Position numbers and translations under genes: made by a program. The notes under the pieces are model-generated. The model was given only the letters and a program-made list of their open reading frames with translations, was not told the DNA's origin and made no database searches. From Octopus sinensis (lineage: Eukaryota), in assembly GCF_006345805.1 (NCBI RefSeq), contig NC_043001.1, forward strand, positions 92,876,001 to 92,940,000: a stretch of DNA of 64,000 nucleotides. The letters are read 5' to 3'. This document shows, piece after piece, positions 39,000 to 53,040 of the stretch (the first letter of the stretch is position 1; each line of letters begins with the position of its first letter).

Positions 39000-41090
39000 T
39001 AAGTGTGTGGATCTGAGAGGGGAATATGTTGAATAAAATCATAATCAACTCATCCTCCTCTATTTTCTTTTACCCAAAGCCAGGAACTTTTCAGCATCCC
39101 TCGTACATTAACAGATATAACCTATTTGCAAGAGTTTTCATCAAGGTTTCCAAATTAATGGATCTTATAACGAAGTCACACATATTTCTACCAGAACTTT
39201 GTCATATCTACACAAATGAATGGCAAAAAAAGAGGCCTTCTTGAAACACATTCTTTTAATCTGGCTTTTAAACAAAATTCACATTATTGAGATTGATTTT
39301 ATGTCAGCAGAAATTTCAAACACTACAAGCAACAAATAATTTTTTGAAATAGTCAAATCAAATACAGTCTATGGTCTCTAAGGCACCTTACATGAAAGAC
39401 GAGATTCAAGAAACTCTAACAGGTGACAATGAATATCTATCTTAAAACAGGAAAGCATCATATGATGGAGACTTTGAATCGAAATTTAACCAATTTAGCC
39501 AATACTTGACATCAAAAGATAGTAACCTATTGCTGAGACATAACCACATATGTGTGTACATAAAGTCTGTCAGGTACAATTGTAAATATTTTAATGAGTT
39601 CTGAAACTGAAATGTTCACTCCAACAAAAGATGGAGTTAAATATTTTCAGATAGCACAGTATATTGGTAGCAATGAGACATTTTGGAGAATAATTAGGCA
39701 ACCCTATTCATGAACAAAATCTATCAGTTTAAGAACTGTTTGTTCACTTAGAGAATGGACAAATAATCTCTTTTACTGTAGAAATCGTCATTCAATCCTT
39801 TCTTCCAACGGAAACTATATGAATAGCATTTTCAAACTTTGACAGAAACACTCTTTTGCTCAAACACTGCTGCATGATCAGTTACCACCCTTTTATGCAT
39901 GAAACAATAAACAAAGGAATTCCAAAAAAAGAGGCTCTGAGTTTGATGAAGGTTATCCAGATATGCAATTAAACAAGATTCCGGAAAGTGTATAAATTGT
40001 GCATCCAACTCAACAAGAATGCTTCTTGATTGGGCTACTTCTTCATGAAATCTATGGTTTCACATGCATTTTTGATCTTCAAATAATTGGCACTCATGTC
40101 TGCCTTTCTTATAGTACCATATTTTAGACTAAGGCTGCTAGAGGATAATAGTCAACCATTGGTAACTACGTTAGAGATGTTAACTTTATGCACAGCCAAA
40201 CGTTTGAGAACACCATTTGCTAGTCTATTTACAAAAGGTGATTTAAGAGACTCAATACCAATATGGCTGTATTGCAGATATGATCTTGCAGAAGATTACA
40301 AATACCAGATTACTTGCCATGACCTGGTAGGAAAATAGAACACTAATAATATCTACAATATAGTATTTATTGCTACCAAAGTCAAAAGTCATTTACATGA
40401 CAGAATTAATTATTGAGAACGAACTTCCTCATAGCAATCGCTTTGAAATTGATGATTTTACAGAAGAAGTTTTAAAAGAAACTTTCAGCAACATTAAAGA
40501 CTTGTCATGTTAGAAAAATAACAAAAGTTGCTCTGCAATGCTACACTTATGAGGCTCTCTTATTAAAGAGGAGCCTCTACAGTTGAAGTACTAATAAAAA
40601 GAGTATTCCCAAATTTTCAGTATTTTCAAAAGCAATATATGCCCTTAAAATATCACTCTGCAGCATAAACACTATTTGAGTTGCTTTTCAGGAGATTCAC
40701 TAACCTACAGATTCACTTCCAGACCTTATAGAGGCTGTCTACTATCTTGTTAAGTTCTTAAAAACCATTTAGGATTCACCATCATGCTCTTATGCATCTT
40801 CATCAGTCTCAGTTGTGTGCGGCACTAGACTGTGGTTAAAAGTGAATGCTTCATGTTATTTAGGGAATTCTCACAGTCTGTTCCATAAGAGAATACGCTT
40901 ATATTACCCAGAATACATTTAATACTGTCAGATTCAGAAGTATCTTCCATAGTCAAAAGGCAGCAGTTAGTTTCCAGTGAAACTCAATTTTGCTATGACC
41001 ATAAATAAATCAGAGGAATAAACTGTATCAGCTCTCATGAACAACTTTGGGTTGCATAAGAATTGGACATTACCACAATTTATTCGTTCA
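39000..41090 (+). pseudogene. Decayed Helitron Rep/Pif1-helicase gene, internally deleted
   Basis: Fragments IKSVRYNCKYFN (~39560), QYIGSNETFWRII (~39657), LFVHLENGQ (~39737), LRLLEDN (~40129), PVKLNFAMTINKS (~40974); many stops and frameshifts. Confidence 0.88.
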
Positions 41091-41353
41091 TGCTCCTCTT
41101 GGAAAAACACTCAATATTGCTTATGATAAACTTCTGGGTTTAGTGTGAATAATAAATAATGGGAACAAATGACAAGAGGTAGCATGCTGCTAAAAAATAA
41201 AAAGCCTACAAATGAATGTGAATTTGTATATAACAGCTTCGCTGTGTTATATAGGTTTTCACCCAAGTAGTACCAAGTACCTCTGCTAGTATTTGCATGT
41301 ACTTTATATGTATGCATACATACATATATATGAAGCTACACATATATATGCAC

Positions 41354-41700
41354 ATCATCATCATTTAGCGTCCGCTTTCCATGCTAGCATGGGTTGGACG
41401 GTTCAATTGGGGTCTGGGAAGCCAGAAGGCTGCACCAGGCCCAGTCTGATCTGGCAATGTTTCTACGGCTGGATGCCCTTTCTAATGCCAGCCACTCTGT
41501 GAGTGTAGTGGGTGCTTTTTACGTGCCAGACGAGGCTGGCAAACGGCCACAATCGGATGGTGCTTTTTATGTGCCACCGGCACGGGGGCCAGGCGAGGCT
41601 GGCAATGGCCACGATCAGATTTTTACGTACCACCGGCACAAGGCCAGTCGGGACGGCCACGTTCGGATGGTTCTCTTACGTACCACCAGCACTGGTATCA
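41354..41700 (-). mobile_element. RTE 3'-UTR copy with internal tandem units
   Basis: (CAT)n tail, conserved body, GTGCCACCGGCAC units. Confidence 0.88.
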
Positions 41701-41737
41701 CATATATATATATATGGAGATATACTTACAAGATATA

Positions 41738-42493
41738 TGAGGTGTGTTCAAAAAGTATCCCATTTTATTCATTCCTATCAAAACTAATGTCGTGTGGGCA
41801 AAATCCTTTCGGCGAGAGGTGACGCCACCCTTCCTGTGCCAGTGTGAAAATTTTTGTACCAGTAGGCTATGTCAGTTCCTGGCTGTTATGCCCAGAGTAT
41901 AGGTGTGGAGTGTGTAATTGTCAGATTTTCGTTTTCCCACATGATAACAGAATGCATTGAGCAGAGACCAGAAACCCATAGCTCATCACCAGTTAAAGTG
42001 GAATTCACAAATCCTGGGCTTATTCCTACTTTGTGGGCAATCTCCAGGATTGTTACACGACGGTCTTCCATAAATATTCACCAGACTTTCTCAATCAGTT
42101 CCTATTTCGATTTGTGGACAGCATACCTCACTCTCCACTTAGGTGCTGCCATGTTTAAAGCAGCTGTACCACTCTTTGATCCAAGTTTTGCCCATGGCAT
42201 CATTGCCAAAGGTCAGCTGAATCTTCTGGGTGGTTTGAGATTGAGTATCACTATGCTTTTGACAAAAACTTGATGCAATATCTCTGCTCAATGCGTTCAG
42301 TGACAACGAAAATCAGACGAGCATGCACTTACACATCTGTAAACTAGCAGCTGGGAACTGATCCGATCAACTGGGGCGAAAAGTTTCACGTATGTGTAAA
42401 AAGTATGGCATCACCTCCCAACCAAATGGTTTTGCCCATGCCGCATTAGTTTTGGCGTGAAAAAAATGTCGGATATTTTTTGAACGTACCTCG
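41738..42493 (-). mobile_element. Internally deleted mariner element with TA TSDs
   Basis: TIRs TGAGGTGTGTTCAAAAAGTATCC / GGATATTTTTTGAACGTACCTCG; HTH remnant EDRRVTILEIAHKVGIS. Confidence 0.88.
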
Positions 42494-44445
42494 TATATTA
42501 TATATATGGAAATTATACGTGTGTGTGTGCGCGCGCGCATATACACGTAAATATACACATACACACACACACATCATGGGAATCCTGAACTCTGCAGACC
42601 GATTCTTTTGGTCTTTGTGCTTGTACAAAAGCGCATTCAATAAAATTCAGCACAATTTACGAAGTATATTTTACACACGAGTTCACATCAAGAAACTTGC
42701 AAACTAAATACGAAAACGAAAGGTTCAAGTTTAAGTGTTTTGCTAAGGGCTTAGAGGCAGTTGAGAATTTGGATGGAGTTTTGAGTTCGGAATTAGGCTT
42801 TAGGGTCAGAGTTGGATTTAAAGTCAGTGTTTGCTGTTGGAGTTAAGGATGAGACGTTGTGGTAGAAAATCTTTAAGCTGTGATAAAATGTTTTTTACGC
42901 ACGACTCATTTTTATGCTCTCGCGCAAAAATAAATAAATAAATAAAATAAACATTAAAAATTAATCGGACTGTTGCGAAACATTTATCCCTCAATGATTT
43001 TTTTCATTTTCAGATATGTGTCGTGAGAAAATCTGCAATGAAATTTAAATCGTAATGTTATTGTTAATGTTCTTTGTTGTCATATCAACTAACACTAAGA
43101 TGACTAATGCTTGTCTGTGAATGAAAATATTTCTTTTTAATCAACACAAGTTATAAGAAATAAAAAAAAAAGCACTTCATCGTATATAAAATACTAATAT
43201 TTTCTCATTGTTAGTCATGTAAACAACGCCATTGAACTTCGAGAAACGTTGCAGTTTGTGTTTCTCAGGAAGATAAAATTCGAACAAACGTAGACGTGAA
43301 AAGGTGCGTGATTCGATTTCCAACCGTAAGTAATTTAATTTCATATATGTAGCTGACTAATGCTTCCTAAAAGAGCATGAATTTTACAAAATTATAAATA
43401 TAACACCTTTTATTAGTTGGAGATAACTAATGTATGATTTCGATACTAAAAAAAATACTTTTTAGTTTAAGTGAATACGTTTTTTCTTGTTTTTCGCCTT
43501 AATGTTATAACAATAACACCAAACAGTTTTTAACCCAACATAGCTTTATTTGCTTCGAGATCCATCGTTCCAAAGGAAATTATTTCACGTTCTCTCGAAG
43601 TTTATGAATTCTTATGACGTCAAAATAATATTTTATTAAATGCATGAACATGATATAGTATTTAAAGACTATCTAAAATATCTGAAAGTGTCATCAGTGA
43701 ACATGTAACTTTACATAAAATCAACTTAACAAATCGAAAAGTCATAATTTTGCATTTATTACGTTGCCATGTAATTAAACAAAGCGTGGGTGTTCAATTA
43801 AAAACCTCGCCGGTTATTGTATGTATGACATTCTTTAATAAGCATTAAAAACAACTGATATGGAAAAGCTACGACCAGAAATCGAAGCTGGTTTTTCAGA
43901 TACATTGACTTATCTTCAACACGTTTGTAAGTGACCGATAACATAACGGTGACAATTGCTCAGATCTGTCCTATTAGCTATGGAGCAATAATCAAACATT
44001 TTATTTTAACTATTTATATATTTTTACTTGCTGGGTCAGAAGGGAGGAAGGAGCGATGCTCAAAACCTTTGCAAGCCATTGGTGCCATTAATGTTCCTCT
44101 TGACCCTTTATAAGTTAACCCTTGTGGAAAGAGTGTGGGAAATCCAGAGAGTGGGGGACTTTCTGGAAAGGAAGGAATGTGAACGGTGATTAGACTAGAG
44201 TAGTAGTTTTCAACCATTTTTTTTTACTTATGGACTTGATAACTACTTTATCTTGGTGGACCCCATAGCCATTTGATGTTTAAAAACTAATTTTATCGAT
44301 GCTTCTTTTCAAAATTCCTATTTTGTTTTTCACACGTTCACTTGTGTAAGTATGAAGTAGCACTCTTTGAAAGATCATGTTTCAGTGGCTGGAAACCTGT
44401 TGAATTCTGTAAAACGTTAGAGAAAGAGGTAAAATTTACCCCGGC

Positions 44446-44750
44446 GAAGTGTCTTCTGCTATAGCCTCGGGCCGACCAAAACCTTGTGAGTGGCTTTGAC
44501 AGACGGAGACTGAAAGAAGCCCGTCGTATATATATACATACATATATATGTTTGTGTCTGCGTTTGTCCTCGCTTGGCAACCGATGTTGGTGTCTTTACG
44601 TCCCCGTAACTTAGCGGTTCGGCAAAAGAGCCGATAGAATAAGTACTAGTAATAGGGTTACAAAGAATAAGTCCTGGGGTCGATTTGTTTGACTAAAGGC
44701 GGTGCTCCAGCATGGCCGCAGCAAATGACTGAAACAAGTAAAATAATAAA
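44446..44750 (+). mobile_element. tRNA-derived SINE (head truncated), family of 29820-30235
   Basis: Colinear with the reverse complement of 29820-30235. Confidence 0.9.
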
Positions 44751-45950
44751 CAATCGGCGACTGAAGATAAAAAAAAACCGTAGCCCCTTTAGTGTTTAAT
44801 CCGGCCCAAATATTCTACATGTTTTATATTCAAACTGGCGATATCTGGCCTCTCACACCTAACCTACATTGACATTCTAAAAATAAACAGTCACATCATT
44901 GAAACCTCAAAAGCTATAAGATAATGCAGGATTAATTAAAAACAATTTGAGTAAAAAAATATTGCATTTAACAGAGTAATCTGAACACTAAAGTGTCAAC
45001 TAGGCAAGACTTCCGCTCCCCCCATTTTCTTTTTTTTTTCTCTTCATTTTCTTTCCGTCAACTGTTACATAGCTGCAGACATTTAAGTACATAAACAAAA
45101 CATCGACAAACAGATTCGAAGTACTACTTTGGAATCAACATTGCGTGTCAAATCATCCTCCACAATCTCTTCTAGTCCATATTTACTTTGTTTTTGTGTG
45201 TTATGTATTCATTTTTTGTGTAACAGATGCAGGCATGGCCAAGTAGTTAAGAAGTTAACATTAATATCATGAGATGATGGGTACGATTCCTACTGCTTAT
45301 CATTTTGGGCGAATTGGATTTTATTATTGTCTCGAGTTGTTCCGAAACTCATGAGACTGACATCGGATGGACTATTTATTAATTAAAAAAGAAATCCAGC
45401 CTTGTCAAGGGCACAAGAATACGTGGAAAATTAAGTTAATCGAACTCGGTAACTCGGGTAAATGCAAACATGTTTGAACATGAAGAGACCAGTTATATAA
45501 ACATGGAGAAACTATCTTGAAATATTTTTGAGAAATCATTCTCAAATTATTAAGAAATAGTTCAGATTCCTTCTTCGTATCAAATAGAAACGATTATCAT
45601 TATAGATAATAGATAAGTAGGGAAATGGATCGATATTTGGTTCTTGATATTTGAGTTATCTTGTTTTGGAAAAGACGTGTCTGCTTTCAATTGATAAAAA
45701 GTACGTTGACAAACCGAGACTGCCACACGGATAGAATCCCTGTTGAAAGCTACTAAATAAATTTGTATAAGTCCGAAGCTAAGCAATAAAAATTATTTTC
45801 AATGCAAGCACCAGAGATTAGAATGCGGAAAGTCTCCGTTCCTGTTGAAGGCCATTCACTTCACTAATTGCCCTACTTTATTATTAGATTAAATCCCCGT
45901 CCTACTTCATAAGAATATCGTTGTTAAGATAAGAGATTTGATACACTTAC

Positions 45951-46170
45951 CTGCAACGTACTGTAGTTGAACAGGTGGGCATTGAACAGGTGTGGAGGCG
46001 CCGCAAACGAGCGAGAACTTTTTGTGTAATCCGGATTTCCAGGTACCACGATCGCCAATGTCTCTCCCACCACTATCACCGTTGTCACCATCGAAAAAAG
46101 GAACGATGGTGTGTACGATGACTAAAAAGAGGAAGAGACGGCTTTGGAGTGAAGTGAAACATGTTACCAT
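45951..46170 (-). CDS. Probable first coding exon of a secreted or membrane protein (73 aa, phase 1)
   Basis: ATG with an upstream in-frame stop; hydrophobic RLFLFLVIVHTIV stretch; GC/CpG-richer than flanks; consensus donor CAG|GTAAGT at 45950. Confidence 0.55.
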
Positions 46171-47500
46171 CGTCCATCCAAGATAGCTTAGTTTGCAGAT
46201 GGCATCTTAATACTTATTCATTTCAGCAACAAAATTTAGTTACCTGTAACCACGATTTCAAAATCTAGGTACAAATCCTCATAATAATAGGCAAACGGAA
46301 TACTAGAAAGTGCGTGCCTCTTTTCAAAGTGCATGAAAGGTGAAAATTTTGGACCGAGAATCGAAACAAATTGGAGATCAGCTCAGCAAGTGTTTGTCTC
46401 TTACTCTTCAGTCCCCTATTAATATTAAATTCTATTATATAGAAACTTATATCCTCGATTATTTTCTTTTCTTATTTTATGTGTAATATAAGAAATACTT
46501 TTGAATTCTCTAACAGATTAACCTTGTTTCTTTTTTTTTTTTTTTACAGAAAAAAAAAACGAAACGAGAAACTAAAACTACAAAATGAGTCAGCTACATG
46601 CAAGTTGTTTGTTAATAAATGTTGTAAAACGCCTTAACATAAAAAACACGAGTAAATACAGACAGCAATGGGTTTAAAAATCGCGGCTTTTGTGAGCAAA
46701 AACATATTGTTTTGTTAAACAGAGTTAAACTTCGTTTTTTTTTTTTTTTTCTTCCTCTTTATTTCCTTCTCGCTTTCAGCTAAATCTGTGTAAAATCCCT
46801 TTTCACATAAGTGTCATTTCACGGTTGAGTTATCCGATTATATGTATATATATATATGTATATATATATAGATAGATAGATGGATAGTGCACCGCTACGA
46901 TATGTAAACACTATCGCTTTCATTAATACTTTCTGAATATATAATTGATGTTCCTGAGTATAATTAGAAGTAACTCCATATAGCATTAATAAGAAGAACA
47001 ACGATATTAACAACGCCAAAAAGCTGGCTTAATATCGAGTACCTGGTACATAGGTGTAAATGACAAGAGACGTTAATATCCTCCGTGTGTACAAGAAACT
47101 CCGAGACGCCCTCGTTTACTGGTGTCAGCTGAAAGGGGGCGGGTGATAGATAAATAAAAGCCATAAAGAGTTTGCCGTGGGAGGAATAACAAAAACAATA
47201 ACAGCAACTTGTTTCTTAATGTACTTCGAAAAGTTGTTACACTTTATATATATATACTTTTTTTTTTCTGTCTTCCCGCTTTCTTTCTCTTTCGTAAATC
47301 CACTTATTCTTCTCTTTCAAACGTATACTCCCAATATTTTGTTTTATTCATTGCTTTTAAACGCAAGTCCATCACCCTTTCTTCTTTTGTTTAAATGGTT
47401 TAAATGTTTCGTTCCCTCTAAAAAGTTTGTCTCTGAAATAAAGTTTACTCTCTCTCTTTTAAAAGTTCTATATCTCTTTAAAGTTCCTTTTTTTTTCCAC

Positions 47501-47539
<39 letters not shown>

Positions 47540-48726
47540 AGTCTTCTCTGTATTTCTTTTAAGTAATCTTCTTTCCCTCTGTTCTTTTCAAATATTCTTT
47601 CTCCATCTTTCAAATAATAGTTTCATACTTCAATATTTCCCTTTGCTTTCTTTTTAAAATTCTTTCCTCTTTTATATTGTTTATCTTTTTCTTCTTTCAT
47701 CTCAGTCGTATTTACTTTCTTTCTGGTTTTTCCCTCCTTATCATTCTTCCTTTTATCTTCTTTAGCATCCACGTTTTTCAGCTGCCTTTCTAGTCTCCTT
47801 TGATTGTCTCTTTCGTCCAAATTTTTTAATCATTCTTCTTCAGTTAACCTCTTTTGATCGTCCACTTTCAATCATGCTCTCTAATTCTGTTTTTCATTCT
47901 ATTTTATCGTTTCTTCTTCTCATCATCTATTTCTCTCACTATCTGCTTCTGTATTCGAACGAACAATAGTTTTAAATACACATACATAGGAGAACAAATA
48001 AATATATACCTTTACCCCGAAAGAGAGAGAAGGAGAGAGAGAGCTTGCAGTCTACACACATTATTAACCGTTGCAATGACATTTACGGGAACTGCTAAAT
48101 GGACAGCACGTCCCCCTTTGCCTTTCCTCTGTCACAGCAAATACTGGGCTACGATTCATGTGGGAGCCTTACGTGGTCACCCGAAACGCTAGAAATAGTA
48201 GTCAAATTTCCCCACAACTCCATTATTGTCTAACGCCTTACAAAATATATGTTGGATAATGTGGCCCTGGATTCCTTACGCGTAGGAAGGAGACAAAGAT
48301 CATGGTTGGAATGCGTTTGGTCATAAGGTCAGCTTAATCATTACTGACCTGGGGTTAAACAACATCGACAAATAAACCAGTGAAGTTTGTGGAAGAAAAG
48401 GAATGCATGATTGAATTAATGAATGAACAATTGAGGTATAACAGAGAAGCCAAAACAGGTATGATACAAGACTGGGAGTCTCAAGATATTTGTATGAAAG
48501 TAATATTAAGGAGAAATGCCAAGGATTGGAGACTTTAGTGAGACTACACTTACGTGAACTTTAACTGTCGATGTGGTCGCAGGTGACAATAACATTACTC
48601 AGTTCGTTTTAGTTTTGTCACTGCGGCCTGTTCTCTATACTTAAGTGTATATACATACATACACACACACAAGGACACACACACACATATATATAATATA
48701 AATATAGGCAAATATACATACATATA

Positions 48727-49157
48727 TGGGATCTTTTCGGTTTGAACGGCAGTTTTTAAAATAATTTCCACATAACTAAACACTTTTAAACTTCGTATAC
48801 TGGTAGAATGTGTTTATAAAACATCTTTTTCTTTTGGCTTTATTGAGAAAATTCTATAGTTTGTAAGATATTTGTTGTTGTTTTTTTCTTCAATTTCTGC
48901 AATTTCAACCAATCAATGACGTCTATTGAGGTAAAAAAAACAATCTGTGCCGTATGAATATGTCCCTCGTTTAAGAAACAGATTGGGTTTATTTACATTT
49001 CTGAAGAAAAAAATATACCCTTCCCCCCACCCCTAACCCTAAAACAGATTGAAATGCAATAGATCGATACTAGGGTCATAATTATGGGTGACAATTTCAT
49101 ATGACACCGCTACAAAAAACGGTTAAAAAAACTGCCGTTCAAACCGAAAAGAACCCA
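48727..49157. mobile_element. Tc1/mariner-type MITE
   Basis: About 30-bp TIRs TGGGATCTTTTCGGTTTGAACGGCAGTTTTT / AAAAACTGCCGTTCAAACCGAAAAGAACCCA; TA flanks. Confidence 0.88.
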
Positions 49158-49600
49158 TATATGTATATGCCTACATATAAATGTATATGTATATACCTAC
49201 ATATAAATGTATATGTACATGCATATATGGGTACAGGACATCAAAAAACGTAGACAAAATGAGAAACAAGAACATAGAAAACGAACTTCTTTTTCGAACG
49301 AAAGAAACAAACAGAGACAGGCAACATAAAGAACATTCCCCTCATCAGTTGTTCTCTGTTTTATCTATTTCGCGTTTCGAAGATAGCCCCTATGCATGTA
49401 TATATATATATATATATATAAATAATAAATATTAGGGAATAAATCCAAATTTACAGGGAAAAAAATCAGATTTAGGATTAAATCCAATTTTATAGTAAAA
49501 TATTATAAAATATTATTAGAGACAAAACCACTATTTTGCAAAACAAACAAGGAAAGACTTAATCAATACATAAAATTTTAATAAATAGTCAAAAAAACCG

Positions 49601-49643
49601 CCACTACAATCGTTTCTTGTCTTGATCGACAATCTTCAGGTGG
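49601..49643 (-). ncRNA. Minimal type I hammerhead ribozyme motif (mirror copy)
   Basis: Exact reverse complement of 49690-49732. Confidence 0.78.
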
Positions 49644-49689
49644 ACTTCCAATAAGTCAGTTCATAATTTGGAACTGACTTATTGGAAGT

Positions 49690-49732
49690 CCACCTGAAGA
49701 TTGTCGATCAAGACAAGAAACGATTGTAGTGG
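49690..49732 (+). ncRNA. Minimal type I hammerhead ribozyme motif
   Basis: ccac CTGAAGA ttgtc-gatcaa-gacaa GAAA CGATTGTA gtgg; predicted cleavage after A49728. Confidence 0.78.
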
Positions 49733-49819
49733 CGGTTTTTTTGACTATTTATTAAAATTTTATGTATTGATTAAGTCTTTCCTTGTTTGTTTTGCAAAAT
49801 AGTGGTTTTGTCTCTAATA

Positions 49820-49859
<40 letters not shown>

Positions 49860-52659
49860 GGTATATACATATATGTATATATTTATATATTATTTATATT
49901 ATTATTATTATTATATGATCGAACGCCACGCCTTCATTTCCAAATGTGTATATATATATGCATACACACACACACAATGTGATCATGTGTAATACATATG
50001 TACTGTACACCTATCGAAAGATACATATATGTATTAAGCTGAAGTTGCTGTTAATTTTAAAGGTTGTGGAATGAAAGTTTCTTCTCTTTATGTATTTATT
50101 TCTGATTTTTCTCTAACACAAGATCCTTTAACCTGCGGAACAGTGTACTTGCTTTTGTCTACGCTTATGTTTTGAAATTTATTGCATATATGTGAGTGTG
50201 TGTGTGTGTATTCATTCATGCATGCAAGTATAGATGTGTGTGTCTTCTACTCCAACTTGTTTCAGCTCAACTCTGGACTCCTGTCACGGAAAATTTCTGT
50301 GACAAGCTTAAGAATTTCGACTCCACATAGGTTAGCTTCTAAATCTTTACAATTACGTATTCTTTCAGTCTCTTCCACAGTTTATCTTTGACTGTAATAT
50401 TCTCATTCGCTTTTTACCCCTTTTCCATACTTCTTACTGTTCATTAACCATTGACCAAATTGCGCCTATATCCACGTGACTAGAGTCATAAAGAGCCCGT
50501 GAACCTATGTATAAAAAAAAAATCGATAATGTTAAGTATTCTGTCATAAAATAAATTTTGGTAAATGTGATTGCATTTCAATTGGTAGAGCTGACTCTGA
50601 TGCATTTTTTGTTCTCAAAGTTAGAATATTGCTGAAAACCGTTTTCATTTACTGTGAAAAGATCGTTTATTCTGTACAACTGATGAGAGCTTCCAAATGT
50701 ACCAAACAAATGTAGAGGAGAGGCAAAATGAAAGAAGTTTCTCAAAAAGTATTTTCAGATTCTATTCAATAGAAGTTATCCTTAATATTAGTTGCTTTTG
50801 ACTATGTACGAGGCCAGTGTTCTGAGTACAATCAACTGAAATTACACTGCATACAACTCATTTTAACGATTCCTGGAGGTATGATAACAAAGTTGGCTTT
50901 AATGGTATTTGAACTCGAAGCGAATAACAGAAAAATTCCATTTAATCCGACGCTCTGTTATCCTTATTTTCTTTAATATTGTTTTCTCTATCATGAGCAA
51001 ATTCTTATACAGGTATCCCACAAAATGCCATACTGCAAGCAGTCTTGTATTTCTGAAGTATGTAACTGTGTTCACACAATCCACCTAGCCTACCTTCGTG
51101 TCATATCGCTAGTTGAGGTATAGCTAGGTGCGAGGTATAGCTGTTATTTCTAACAGATCGTATCACTACGCAGAGACTAGCTCGATGGCTCGAGCAAACA
51201 ACAAAACATTTGGTTAATGTTATTATTTTAATTGTACAACTCTTCTCTCTCCACTCATTTTATTTAACAGACTGAAATTTCTCATATTTTACATTATCAT
51301 CACCTCGTTATGCAACAATCCCCTTTCTACATCGTACATAAGGAGACCCTTTCAGCAACTTGTAGAGATGATGAACTGCAGTCACTCGGAATTGACCAAC
51401 CAGTATCTTTTCCAACATCATGCCTTTTCAGTCTTTTGGTGCACATGGTCTTTTAACTACCGTCTGTCCACTTGAAGCAGTTTGGCTGTCAGCTCATTGA
51501 AATTACGATGATTAAATAGATGATTCTCGGTTATTTCAGCGAATCTCACTTGCAATTAATTATTCGTAGAAATGCCGTCAGCATTATGGAATGTTTCGAG
51601 AATTACTAATATTACTGTATGTACCAAAGTACCTTACAAGTTCGTAAATGAATGCTGTCCACTCTACCCTTTTGTGTAGAAAAGTTCGCTATGTTCAGTT
51701 TTCTTGAGGAACAGAATACCTAATGTTTTGAATCCTTGATTCTTCGACTGAGAAAGAAAAAGAAAAAAAACGGTTCTGCCGCTTGGATTGTGATAAAAAT
51801 ATTAAAGTGGAGTGTAAAGGATATGGTTCATGGTGAGAGAGAGAGAGAGAGAATATTATTATGAAAGAGTCAAAAGTTTTGGATGGGAAGTAAACGATAG
51901 AATATGAGAAAGCTGGCTGAAGCAATGCCTCAAACTATGTACTCATTTCATCCATGGCATTATACTGGCTTCGTCCTGTGACAGTTAAGTGTCTATCGAT
52001 CTATGTACTTATGGTTAGTTGAAACGGTCGACACCGTTCATATTTTGAACTGCAAGTAAACGAAAATTTATCCTCTTAAGATATCATTATCATCACAATC
52101 CTCTCCCTCCCTCTCTTTATCTAAATATTTTCTTCGCTCTCTGTATTTTAATATCCTTTTTAAGCTTTATATTATGTTTCATCCTCACTGTCCTACTGTT
52201 CTCTACGTTTTCTCTCTTTCTCTTTCTGTTTTCTTTTATCCAGCTCTCTCACTGTCATTCAAACAGAAACACACACACACCACACACACACAGTATTAAC
52301 GTTTCCCTTAGTTAATTATTCTCTTCTTATTCTTACACCATTCCGCACCATTTCCCCAGGCTTCCTCATCTCATAAGGAAGTATTTAGGAGTTAAATCCT
52401 TTATAGATAGCTATTCTGCATTTGATTAATTGACCCTTAAGCTAGGCCCATTTCTACTTTTCTCTTACTTTTCACTCTTACCCTTTTGATCACCATTGTT
52501 TCTTCCACCAAATAACTCCTAACATACTTTGTTCTGATTTGAATTAAATTCTATTCCAAATACAACATCTTGTAAATACAACCATTCCATCCTATATTAC
52601 TACAACTACCACCACCAACACCACGCTACTTTTAGTCCCCTGAAGAATAAAAGCAAAGT

Positions 52660-53040
52660 TGATTCTTAAAGCCACAAATTTGTAAGGGAGTGAGTGGGTA
52701 ATGTAATAATTTGAATTGATCGTAGTGTGGTCTATATTCAGATGGGATGAAAAGGCAAAGTTGACCCCGCTAAGATTTCAGCTTAGAATATGAAGGGACA
52801 GAACTCAATACTGCTTAAAATTTAATTCAATGATCATTTATCTTTTTGTGCTCTGAATTCAAATTATTCTGATGTTGAATTTGTTTTTAATCTCTCCAAA
52901 AATCAATAAAATAAGTGCATGACTGGTTGTATAGTTAAGAAGTTTGCCTGATAACCACATGGCTTTGTGTTCAATCCCCACTGCATGTCACCTTAGGCAA
53001 CTTTGTATTAACCAATACCTTGTGATTTGAATTTGTGTAT
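52660..53040. mobile_element. Degenerate SINE fragments (second-family fragment about 52660-52830; tRNA head at 52915-53040, plus strand)
   Basis: GAAAAGGCAAAGTTGACC and GTGCATGACTGG...GTTCAATCCC motifs. Confidence 0.6.

Larger units (their letters stand above)
49422..49829. mobile_element. PLE-like element with inverted pLTRs, inserted in (TA)n
   Basis: Full unit (minus, 49422-49662) plus an inverted partial unit (49671-49829); same family as 21735-21997. Confidence 0.8.

Noticed and set aside
47623-47820. Lys/Glu-rich 65-aa ORF
   Set aside because: Explained by a purine-rich low-complexity tract; no convincing splice or start context.
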